Shown one piece after another: positions 26,801 through 38,800 of a stretch of 64,000 nt of DNA. The translations under genes and the position numbers were made by a program. The notes under the pieces are model-generated. The model did not search any database. It saw only the letters and a list, made by a program, of their open reading frames with translations, and had not been told where the DNA came from. The number at the start of each line of letters is the position of its first letter. Position 1 is the first letter of the stretch. The DNA comes from Phoronis australis (Eukaryota; Animalia; Phoronida), in contig NMRA01000793.1 of the NCBI GenBank assembly GCA_002633005.1, positions 1 to 64,000 of the forward strand, in the 5' to 3' direction.

Positions 26801-29800
26801 AAAAATGGCGCGTTCAGGACAAGTTCCTGAACAGATGAGCCGGAAATGTGGGTACGGAAATAACCGATGACAACCGGTAATCATACGCTCAGAGAGAAGG
26901 GTCAAATACTGTTCAAAAATCGCTTTTGGCAAGAAAGGCGAAAAGAGTATAAAGAAAGGGTGTCGAAAATAAGATTTTATGTAGTAAGTATTTTCGGATA
27001 CTGGAACCACATGGGCAGTTTGAGAGAAGGACTTTAAATAAATCCTTTTCGGTTTCCATGCATATTTCAGCTCATCTTTGATTACACTGTACCACAGGCG
27101 CTCGGATTTCCAGATCACTCATAACCATATATAAGAAACGTAAAGGTTGGACACTAAAACTTTGCCAAGCCGAGGCTCCCAACTTCAACTCTCTAAAATC
27201 CAAATAAAATCTGCGCGCACCTCCCTCAGTTTGTTATTGCATATACCTTCGAAGCCCTATCTTTCCTAGATCCTATAACTGTCCTCGTGAGTGGTGAATT
27301 GGCCATGGAATTTCCAAAACAATCTCAAAACTCGGACGGATTTCAGTTGTGCTTCAACTTGTACGCCTGTCGTAGGTGAAACTTCGAGTTGAGCAAGCAA
27401 CCTATATTTCAAATTCAATAATTCTAATCCAAAACTCAGACAACTAATCGAGAATGTTAAAGTTAATATTTTAATGATTATTTGTAACTTTATTCCATTG
27501 ACAGCTCATTTTACCCCTTAACTTAGAATTTTATTGCATAAATATAGATTATTACATGGCGAAGTCTTTATCCCCCGTTATCTAGAGCCCGAGTGGATTT
27601 TGGAGAATTATCGCCCGAGGGGCGTTAGCCCCGAGGGTGATAATTCTCCAAAATCCNCACTAAAACTTTGCCAAGCCGAGGCTCCCAACTTCAACTCTCT
27701 AAAATCCAAATAAAATCTGCGCGCACCTCCCTCAGTTTGTTATTGCATATACCTTCGAAGCCCTATCTTTCCTAGATCCTATAACTGTCCTCGTGAGTGG
27801 TGAATTGGCCATGGAATTTCCAAAACAATCTCAAAACTCGGACGGATTTCAGTTGTGCTTCAACTTGTACGCCTGTCGTAGGTGAAACTTCGAGTTGAGC
27901 AAGCAACCTATATTTCAAATTCAATAATTCTAATCCAAAACTCAGACAACTAATCGAGAATGTTAAAGTTAGTATTTTAATGATTATTTGTAACTTTATT
28001 CCATTGAGAGCTCATTTTACCCCTTAAATTAGAATTTTATTACATAAATATATATTATTACTTGCCCATCGGGCGATAATTCTCCAAAATCCACTCGGGC
28101 TCTAGATAACTGGGATGACGACTGAGAACATGTAATAATCTATTTATACCACATACTGAACGAGAAACATTGCAATGAATCGATCTAACTTTGTCGACTC
28201 GCCTCGGCTTTGTAACTACTTTCTATGTCAGAGGCCCGGGGTCGGAGGTCGTGACCTTTTAAGAAAAGCCGAGCTATTTTTGTCAAACAATGCTTATACT
28301 CAAAACCAATTGAAAATTTAAACAAAATAGAAATAAAGTGAATCTATAAATAAATGTTTAGCAACTATTATAGCTTACTACATATTTTATCACGCTTCGA
28401 CCTGGAAAATATCGTCTGCTAAAGTAGGTCACCACTAGTATCTGACTATAATGCTCAAGTCAAAGGATCCTGTTTACACGATACCCGCATTCAATTTGGA
28501 GATAGATGTTTTACAAGTGAGAGAACACGAGAGAAAAATTTCACTGAATTAAAATATTTTTTTATCGAAATTATGCTTCTTATTTTCCATAGCGTATAAA
28601 TGTCGGTGCAATGCCCTTTGCTGAAAATGCGATTGTTGCGCATGCTAATTTAAGTATTCTAGTTTCACGTTCGACGAGGTCAGCCGCTTAGTGGTGTAGT
28701 GGTAAAGTCGGCGACTCGCAACTCTTCTGAGGCCCGGGTTCGAATCCGGCCTCGGTTTCCCTCCAAAATGTTATCACACTAGTTAGATAACTTTATGGGT
28801 TATTACGCGGTTGTTTCTGCCATTCGAGGCTAATATTGTGGTATAAACTGACGTATCTTGTTTCTCATCTTGACATCACGCACTTTTTTGATTAAAGCAC
28901 AACACACACTCGGCCAGGAAACGTAGTCCGTGCAAGTATTACAATGCGCGTGGCCGACGAGTTAAATGGTTTTAGCCAAAAGCAAAACCTTCATGAGAAA
29001 TCACAGTGCACAAAATAACTTCGCACATCAATACAGTATCAGGATAATTTATCTTTGACACAAATATGTGAGTAATTACATTTATTTGGCAATAAAGTGC
29101 CCTCTGCTTCTCATGATCAAGTGGTCGAGGGATTAACGATGAAAGCCGCGCGAAATTATACTTTCGGATTTAGCTCGGGAGCGTCCGTCAAAAACCCGGT
29201 TGTGCGAAGACCGTCTACCATGACATCACGGAATAAGTTCCTTGAATTTGTGATTTTGGCATTCTTTTGGCATTTTTGTCGCCAAATCATCACTCGAAGG
29301 CAATTTGAAGAGATCAAATGAAAGAAGGTATTCTAAGAGTTGTTCGATGCTAGCTTCGTGGAGTTCCATGCACATTTTTGTAGACATTTTTGAGGAAACA
29401 GATTTCGAGTATCCAACCTTTATGTTTTCTTACATGTAGTAGCGAGTGACGTCATTTGCGATTAAGGAACAGATAAACCCAAGCGCCTGTGCACTGTTCC
29501 TGGTTACCAAATACTTCCGCGTTCAAATACTAGGAGACCTCAAGATACTAGTCTTTATTGGCTCGACAGAATTAAATTCCTCGTTTGGGATTATAAAGTT
29601 GTGATTGAGATTATGACACATCGTCGATGATGTGTATTGTTGTTTGTTATTTCGATTAAACAGGCTTGTACGAAGTCATGCTTTCAACTAACGTTAAAGA
29701 ATCGATGCGGTTGCTACTCAGAAAAGTATCCGTTTCTGCCCGAAGCATTCGACAACCAGTCTACCATTAAGATATGCATCGACGAGGAAGAGACAGGTAG

Positions 29801-32800
29801 GACCATATACAAAGGAAAAACACTTACAAAGTAGGTAGCTAGTGTTACTGCTACTACAGCTGAATAATGATTTTGTTGCCACTGCTACCACAGCTATTAT
29901 AAATGCTGCTAACACTACTACCAATACTGCCAGTGCCACTATTACTGTGTTAGTGTGTGCTGCTACTGCTATAGACTACTAGTGCTGTTTGTGCTGTTAC
30001 TGCTACCACTCCTCCTTTAGTTGCTGTCACTGCTAGTGCTTCTAGTGCTGCCGATGCAGCTGCTGTTGAACTATGTCTGCCAGGACCACAACAACGGTTT
30101 AATGGTTCCGGCTTTGGAAATAATTGTGATGAAATAAGAATTGTAGGCAACCCCTGGGTTCTAATGAAACACCTTGCTTTGAAGATTTTTCGTTTACCTT
30201 TGGTAAATGTGAGCATTACGAAGACGGAAGATGGAGATCTGTAAAGAATGTTGCCGCGCCTATAGTACATTTGTCGAATCAGATTGCCTGCGATGATTAT
30301 TTGCTGGTACAGCTGCAAACTGTGAGTTTTTTATCTTGCGCGAAGCAATACGATGCTTCGCAGATAGTGGATGGCAAACATTCTAATCAAAAAGCTGGCC
30401 CTTGCTATTTATACTGTTTTCAGTCAAATATACATGTAGCCACGGCCAGTATTTCCTGCAGAATATCAGTTGTAACTTCTTTCGGTACGTGTACATGTCC
30501 TTCTACTGACTGATTTGTAGGAAGGTAACATACGATGTATCACCTTGTTTCAAACAAATCACTGTTTTGGCAGCTCAGTCATTGAGTTGGTTAAAAATGC
30601 CAATGGTCGGAGCCAAATTACACTCAAAGAGAAGGGAGCACATTTTATGACCTCGAATTTCATGGGATGCGCACTGCATGTGTATTTCACGTTACGTGAC
30701 CTCCGGATCACTAACCAGTATTGTCGTTTTACTTGGTTGGACGTGATACAAGTCGGCTTACACTGCTTTGCCAGATGTTATCTTCGACAGTGACCAGTTG
30801 CAATCATGACGGCATTTTCACTCCTGAAGTTGCAAAACGCTTGGTGTCTGCATTTCTGCAACCATGTCTGTCGATATATAATGGATACATCAATCTTCAG
30901 TCTCATTTTGCCCAAAATCTTTTTCCTTGGTTCACTCATGCACAATAGTACACGGGCCACCAACTTAAGGCTCTCAAAGCACAAAATCTGTGATCTTGCG
31001 AACAAGCCGCTCTCAGCACCATTGGCTTCAACGTCACTATTCACTAGCGGCGCCCGGTGGGAGTCACGGCTGTACTTCCGAGAGTTAAGTCATAGGCTTA
31101 CAAACCGGAATATGGCTTTTCCTCTAGGAATGCCATTAAAAACCTACGAATATGTTGTTTGTTACATAGGCTTTACTCAAGTGTTTTTCATGAATGCGTC
31201 GAGCATGCACCCATATTCAGATGTTGCCACAGCTCATATACATGTACAATAGTATGGGCTGTTATGCGTAAAAATGAGTATCGTAATGACCACTTTTTAT
31301 AACGCTCATATCCCTTTACCCCTTTTGCCGCTAAATTCGCTCAAGGTGGCCAATGCTCGGAAGCATTCTATAACTAGCACTACTTTGTTCCTGTTATGTT
31401 TGTTTCCTTTTCCAGATATGTGTCAACATGACGTGACGATAAGTTTCGTGAATGGGAAAACTAAATGTGACTGTCCTCTTCCGTGTTCGTGAGTATGTTT
31501 AGATATTGTATTAATGGCATCTACATCTAAAAAAACGTGAAATAAACCACATTGGAAAACCTATTATTCAAGCTCCACATTGGTTGTAATGTTAAATTTC
31601 AAAACGCGTACCAAGCTATTTATAGAAAAGGTGGATTGGGTTGCGAAGACGGACCATGGCAACGTTCATACATACGTGTGGATGTCCACACCTTGCTGTG
31701 AAAGAAGGCGCACGAGCCATCACGTGCTCTGTACCCACAGAATGGCAAACAAACTACTTGGTTTCGAAGAACGAAAATTTATAGCACAATGCTCCTGGAG
31801 ACTCAAGAACGCCAAGAAAATGTATATAACTTAGTCTCCTTCTCAGTTAGTAAACATCACATCCACTTTGGTCCTAAGTCAATGAACATAGACGTTATTG
31901 ACATTTGAGCTGCGCAGAGATTTTTACGCTGTAGTTGTACGATGAAAGACTTTACAAATTGGTGTGGATATGCAGCCCTTTTGATAAACCACTTTCACAA
32001 ACTAAAAATGCTTCATCTGACGTAGCAATACTCATTTCTTTTCAGGGAGTCTTCTCACGTACTGGCAAGCAGCTCTTCACAATGGCCAAGTGATTTATAT
32101 AAGGTAATCCTATCATTAAATTAAATATTGAAAACGTGAGAATGGATAACGATGAAACGCAAATTCCGTTGACAAAGTTGTTTTAACATCATCTAAGTTG
32201 TCGAAACAGTTAAAACTGTTTCGACAACTTAGATGATTCTATCGATGAACTGACCATTCCTATCGATACATGAGCGCACCCAGCGGGGGCGGGGGGCTCG
32301 GGGGCTCGAATGAGCCCTCCATTTGACGAAGTGGCCAAAAAAGTCCGCCCCTGAAAAACAAAAAGTCCGAAAAAGTAGAAAACGAGACAAAAGTCTACTA
32401 AAAAGGCAGGAACTACCAAAATTCGGCGAATGCACAATTCATAGCCCTGAACGTACCCCGTTTTTTAGTAAAATGTCCACTTTCTCAAAAATTCGAACTA
32501 CCATTTTTAGGCTAGGTGCGCGCATGCGATAGACTTACTATCGGACTGTCCTAAGCCCCCTCAACCCCTTCAACCCCCACACACCACGACCCCCAACTCC
32601 CTCTACCCACAACCGTGGCAATATATATATCTTTGCGCTTTTTACACATTTCATAATCATATTACGTCGCTGAATGACTTTCCCATAAGACTTACCTACA
32701 CGCGAATCTGCTATGGCTCAAGTCTGCTGGTTAAGACAGAAAGTGGCGTAAGTAATGACCTGAAATAGCGAATTCCTGTGGTCTTCGCGGACTCTTGTCT

Positions 32801-35800
32801 CGTTTGCTCGGACTTTTTGTTTCACTGAGGCGGACCTTTTTGCCCCATTTGACAAATTGGGGGCTCATTCGAGTCCCCGAGCCCCCCTTGGTGCGCCCAT
32901 GCCGGATATACTTACTATCTCCCTTGACAGGTTTACTAACTCCATCGATTCACTTACTATCTCCCTTGACATGTTTACCAAGTCTAAAAATCTAATGTGG
33001 CAGACTTTCTAACTATGTCAAAACACTTACTGTCCCCATTGACAGACATTCTAGTTCCAACGATAATGGGTCGTTGGAGGCAGGGTTACGTGTCCCCATA
33101 AACTACAGGAGAGTGGCAACCACCGTATGCGTGAGATAGAGTGCAATTGAGCAAAGAAAGACAGCGAAACAAACGAACATAAACCATCTTTGTCAACTAC
33201 TCTGAATTCGGGAGAGGGTAAAGATAAGACACCAAACATATAGAAAATCCCGATGAAACAAATTCGTCTAAAACAAAGCAATATCAAGACATAATAGTAT
33301 TGAAAAATACAATAAAATGCCATTCCAAAAGGTAAACGTTTGAATTCTTGAAGACCACTATTTTTAATCACCCAAAAGGAATAATTTGGATGTTTTTGAA
33401 ACGATAAAATTTCGATACTTTTCGCACAGTATAAGAGGAATACTGTGTCTTTTGAAAATTGTTACTAGGATTTGTATGCAAAAAAATCTCGTATTTCAAG
33501 GTATTACCTCGTGCAAAGTGGCTGTCTAACGGATTGAAGTACTCAAAGAACTGTACATGTGCTAACTATAACAAACAAAGGTTTCAAGGATTTGATGAGT
33601 TTATGTTTAACTCATGAATCGTAATGGGTACCTCGAGAATGAATCAAAGTACACTTTAACACGAATTCGGAAACTTGTTTATGACGGAGGACCCCCACAA
33701 AACCCTGTGGGATTCTCGCTTCCCCATATCTACCGTTGCCCATCAAGAATTTGCTAGCATATTTTAGTGAATTGCTTATAATGTTCTGTTTTAATAAAAA
33801 AACGAATTTGTCGGTTTCTGATTTACATGTTTATGTATTTACAAATATGACTGGTTCATATTACGATTTTTGACAATTAGGCAAATAAAGGATAATGTAG
33901 TAATTATTGGTGATATTTCAGTGAAATTGAGGAACAATCTCTAATCCAATCCCCAATTAGCAAAATGCATTAGAAAGTTTTGCCTACCTGGAGGATATTG
34001 ATGATATTCGGATAGTTCTATAGGGAGTACAAGATGTATTCGCAATTCAAATTAGAATAAATGCACTACTTATTGACAAGATTGGTGGTTTAAATTTACA
34101 AAGAGATCATAAAGACTATCTCTTTGAATCAAATTAAACGCATTGCTCATTAACCTCAGGAGATTAATTATCTCCATCGATGCACGTACAGTCTCCATTA
34201 AAAATTTACCAATTCCGACTATACACTTGCAACAGACTTACTAACTATATCGACTGATATACTATCTCCAGCAACAGACTTACTAGCTACATCAATTGAC
34301 TTACTATCCCCATCGACAGACTTATTAACCACATTTATTGACTTACTATCTCCAGCAACAGACTTACTAAACTACATCGATTGACTTACTATTCCCATCG
34401 ACAGACTTACTAAACTACATCGATTGACTTTCTATCCCCATCGACAGACTTATTAACCACATCGATTGACTTACTATCTCCAGCAACAGACTTACTAAAC
34501 TACATCGATTGACTTGCTATCCCCATCGACAGACTTACTAAACTACATCGATTGACTTACTATCCTCATCGACAGACTTATTAACCACATCGATTGACTT
34601 ACTATCTCCAGCAACAGACTTACTAAACTACATCGATTGACTTGCTATCCCCATCGACAGACTTACTAAACTACATCGATTGACTTTCTATCCCCATCGA
34701 CAGACTTATTAACCACATCGATTGACTTACTATCTCCAGCAACAGACTTACTAAACTACATCGATTGACTTGCTATCCCCATCGACAGACTTACTAAACT
34801 ACATCGATTGACTTACTATCCTCATCGACAGACTTATTAACCACATCGATTGACTTACTATCTCCTGCAACAGACTTACTAAACTACATCGATTGACTTG
34901 CTATCCCATCGACAGACTTACTAAACTACATCGATTGACTTACTATCCCCATCGACAGACTTACTAACTACATCGACTGACTTACTATCTCCAGCAAAAT
35001 ACTTATTAACTACATCGACTGATTTACTTTCTCCATCGACAGACGTAATAACTACATTGACTGACTTACTATCTCCATCAACAGACTTCCTATCTCCACC
35101 AACAGACTTACTAACTACATCGATTGACCTTTGTCCTTACTTATGTTGAACTGGGAGAATAAAAAAAAGAATAAAAAAAAAACTACATCGATTGACTTCC
35201 TACCTCCATCGACAGTCTTGGGATCGATACAGTTGCTATTGCCATGGACAAACTTCGGTGCTAACTTAGCTATACATGTCTGCGTCGATAGAGTTACCAA
35301 CTTCATCGATAGATGGCTACTTCTATCGATAGACGATCCTTTTCGAGAGACTGGCATGCACTGTTTATAATATCGCCATCGATTTACTACCGCTTTTGAT
35401 AGACTTCCTTTCACAGATTTATTTTGTCAGGTACTGTTATAGAATTTTTAGAACAACACATACGGGTATCTAGTGCACTCGTGATGGGCACTTGGATTGC
35501 ATTTTCTTAGTGCTAAGATTTTTTTTGTTTTGCAGGATACTCTGATTAACGACCTGTTGGAGATGAATAACACGGGGGTTGATGTATTACTGAACAACGA
35601 AGATGATCCGGAGTTCTTCAAACGGAACTTACTCAAAGTTTATGTGTATTTCGAAGATTTAAACTACGAGGAAATTAGTCAAAAACCCGAATACACGGTA
35701 AAGATTGCTAATGCTTTTACCTAATATGTTCATGTACGTTGAAAACATCTCGGTATCAAAAAGGTGGGTGTGCTTAAATCTTCATGTACTGGGCATTGGA

Positions 35801-38800
35801 TTCAATGTGCTAAATCATTACAAACCTGTCGGTTCATTATGACGTTATGTTAATAGCAAAGCCAATTGCATAAGAACTAGTACATTATAGGGAGTGTAGT
35901 CAACTTGTAGTAGGGGTTTTTGAGGTGTACTTCATTAATCTTCCACAACTGTGTATGTAAGTATGTTAAACCTTGCGCATTCTTGAAGGATGATTTTGAA
36001 ATTGCATTTTCGAGCATGACGAAACATTGTTTGCTTCTGTTCAGTGGGTGTCGTGTGCCCAGTTGCATGAAACAAGTGATAGCCCTGAACGCTACAAACT
36101 AGCGGTTTTGACTAGTTACCTCAACAGGGCGCACCACATATCATTTCATTGGCAAACATTCAACACTGAAGTTCAACGCATCAGACAAGTTCTAGTTAAC
36201 AATAGTTATACTAATTCTTTTGTTGTAAGGTCTTTCATATCTAGGACAGACTCCCATGTAGACACGGAACCTAGTACTAGTACCCATAAGAACGTGTATT
36301 ATAAGAACTGTATATCTAATAATCATCTGAGTGACGAACAATGTCCTTAAGAGCATAGTAAGGGATAACGTTAAGGTGGTCAAACCTGGAGATAGATTGA
36401 ATGTGTTTATTTATTATAAGAATATAAAGTCACGTCACCTTATCTTGAAAAACAACCCCAGTCGTGAAAGACTACGACCAGAGGCCAAATGTAATGTTGT
36501 TTACCAATTCACATGTCATATGGACGAATGTGTTCGTCCTCATTCTCGTGAGCAGTGTTACATTGGACACACGGTGTGTTCTCTCTCGCGACGGTTGTAC
36601 ATGCACTTACAGGGCGGGGGGTCGATTCAATATCATTGTGTTCACCAACATGACGGAAAAATAACTAGGCAAGGAATAGTAGACAATAACATCATTAGTT
36701 ATGTTGAAAATGACACATAACCATGCCTTACGCCCTTGTTATAATCAAATCATGAAATACAATACAGGTAAGTGTCGAACACTAACAGTAACACGAGCTC
36801 TTCTCCGCTTCAATGCGAAATGAACATATTAACATTTTGACCATATAAGATCTTTTCCCTTTTTATTCATCAGTTGGACTCGTACCAACAAAAGATGAAA
36901 TGACAGTTACAGTCTTTTTGTCATAACAGTGCACAACGCAGATGTTTTCGTCGACCTCGACTTTTTCTTCAAGTGAACCTCTTCCTTGTTTTTTCATTTC
37001 CTTTTCACTTTTCACTTTTGCGACTACATCCATGGATACGATTGGCTCGTATAGTGGTTCACCGTCACTGTCAGAGCTTTCATCATCGTCACCAAGTTGA
37101 TTAGTAACGAAATCATCTTCATCATCATCATTACTAACTGAGCCCTCCCAGTCACCCTCATCCCCTTCTCACAATGTAACAATTCACCCAAATCGAGGGT
37201 TTCCTTAAATTAATTAACCAGGAAATCGATAAGCCCATTCAGTTTTGGTGCTACATTACGTGTGTTTCAAAGGAAAAAGTCTTGAGAAATAGCGAGTAAT
37301 AAACAATTACATCAAGTCATAAAGACCCTGGTTGGGATCCTATACAATTATAATGTTGAATCTGATGTCAAAGAGACAACGGACGAACTACCCGGTAACA
37401 CAAACACACAAATATCTATTTTAATTGGACAAACGGTTCTACGTGTGTTGGCTAGTCTTGCTTTTTTAAAATGGTGGTTTTCAAAGAACTTTGGAATGTG
37501 CTACTTCACACGTTCTTCAAAACATCCCTGGAGTATTCCAAAATAGCCTTATGTCTTGTTCCCGGCTTCACAGAAGTTTGCAATCTCGAATTAAAGGATG
37601 TATCATCAAAAAGCCACTTGCAAAAACACAAATCTCGGCTTCCACTACCCTCTGACATAGCGCTACCTATACTGAAATGTGGCCCCCTGGAAACATGATG
37701 AATGACACACGAAATTCCGTGTGTGGGCATCAATTCGCATGCTTTGGTCGGAAGTTTACCGATCACATCGCCACTCTTGCACACGCAATTTTATGTACTC
37801 TACGTGTTTAAGCTTAAGCCGCTGGATCGGGGTTACCTTGATTTTGTTTACTTCGATTACTGCCTGTTTTAAAAGATTGCAACTATTCAAGTCAAAGGTG
37901 GTCGCCATACTACGTACATGTAAGAGTAAACTGAAAGGGTTTCCAACCAATGAGTATGACTGAACTTTATGACGTCAATTTCACTGCTTTAACCAATGAG
38001 AAGCGATGCTAAACAAAATTCAACAGTGCTACTTTTGGTAGCACTGTGAAATAGTGTAGGCTTCCTCCAGAAAAAAAAAATATCGAAGTCTACTTTTGTT
38101 TCCAAGTTGCACCATTGATTAAATCAGTAGGCTAAATTGCGACATCTCTCAAATTAGGACATCAAATTTACTGCAAGGTTACTAAGTGATACTGTAAAAC
38201 GGCGTCGGGAATGATACATTTGTCTGGAACATGTTGAAATTTCCGCATAATATACTGCCTAGTACTTCTTTCATTAGTTACTACTTGTGTTTTTTGGCAC
38301 CTGATATTGTATTTTGGTTGATTTAAGCCTTGTGACTGCCCCAAGTAAGGTTTTAATTTGCAAAATTCAAGCAAAATTTTGTTCCAAGGGTTAACTTCCT
38401 TGTCGAGCGTGTCTAAATATTGATTGAAAGACGGTTAAGGGCGTGTCTAGGTGACATGTAAAAGTATGCTAGAATTGCTATGCAATTTAAGGCACAGTGA
38501 TGCAGAGCATTGATTTAGCACGAGATAAGGGCGGTAATGGATTAAAGAAGATTTGAAACTCGAATGAAGTTGACGTTTTTGTTGTACTGGCTTTGGTACT
38601 TGCCAGTTCTAGGCGAACTTCTGGTGTTATCATTTTCATTTCAGATAGAGTTAATTTATAGATCTATATCTTATATTTAGGGATCTTCACTAATAGCCGA
38701 CCTCGGAGGATCAATTGGTTTATGGATAGGTTGGAGTGTAATCACTCTTGTGGAACTATTAGAGTTTGTTTCGGACGTACTCGTACTCAAAGGAAACAAA

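Noticed and set aside
28683-28757. Functional tRNA gene
   Set aside because: Acceptor and anticodon stems do not pair properly; recorded as a SINE head or pseudogene instead.
34215-35130. Regularly spaced repeats that might be read as a CRISPR array
   Set aside because: No unique spacers, no cas genes, eukaryotic intron; it is a tandem minisatellite.
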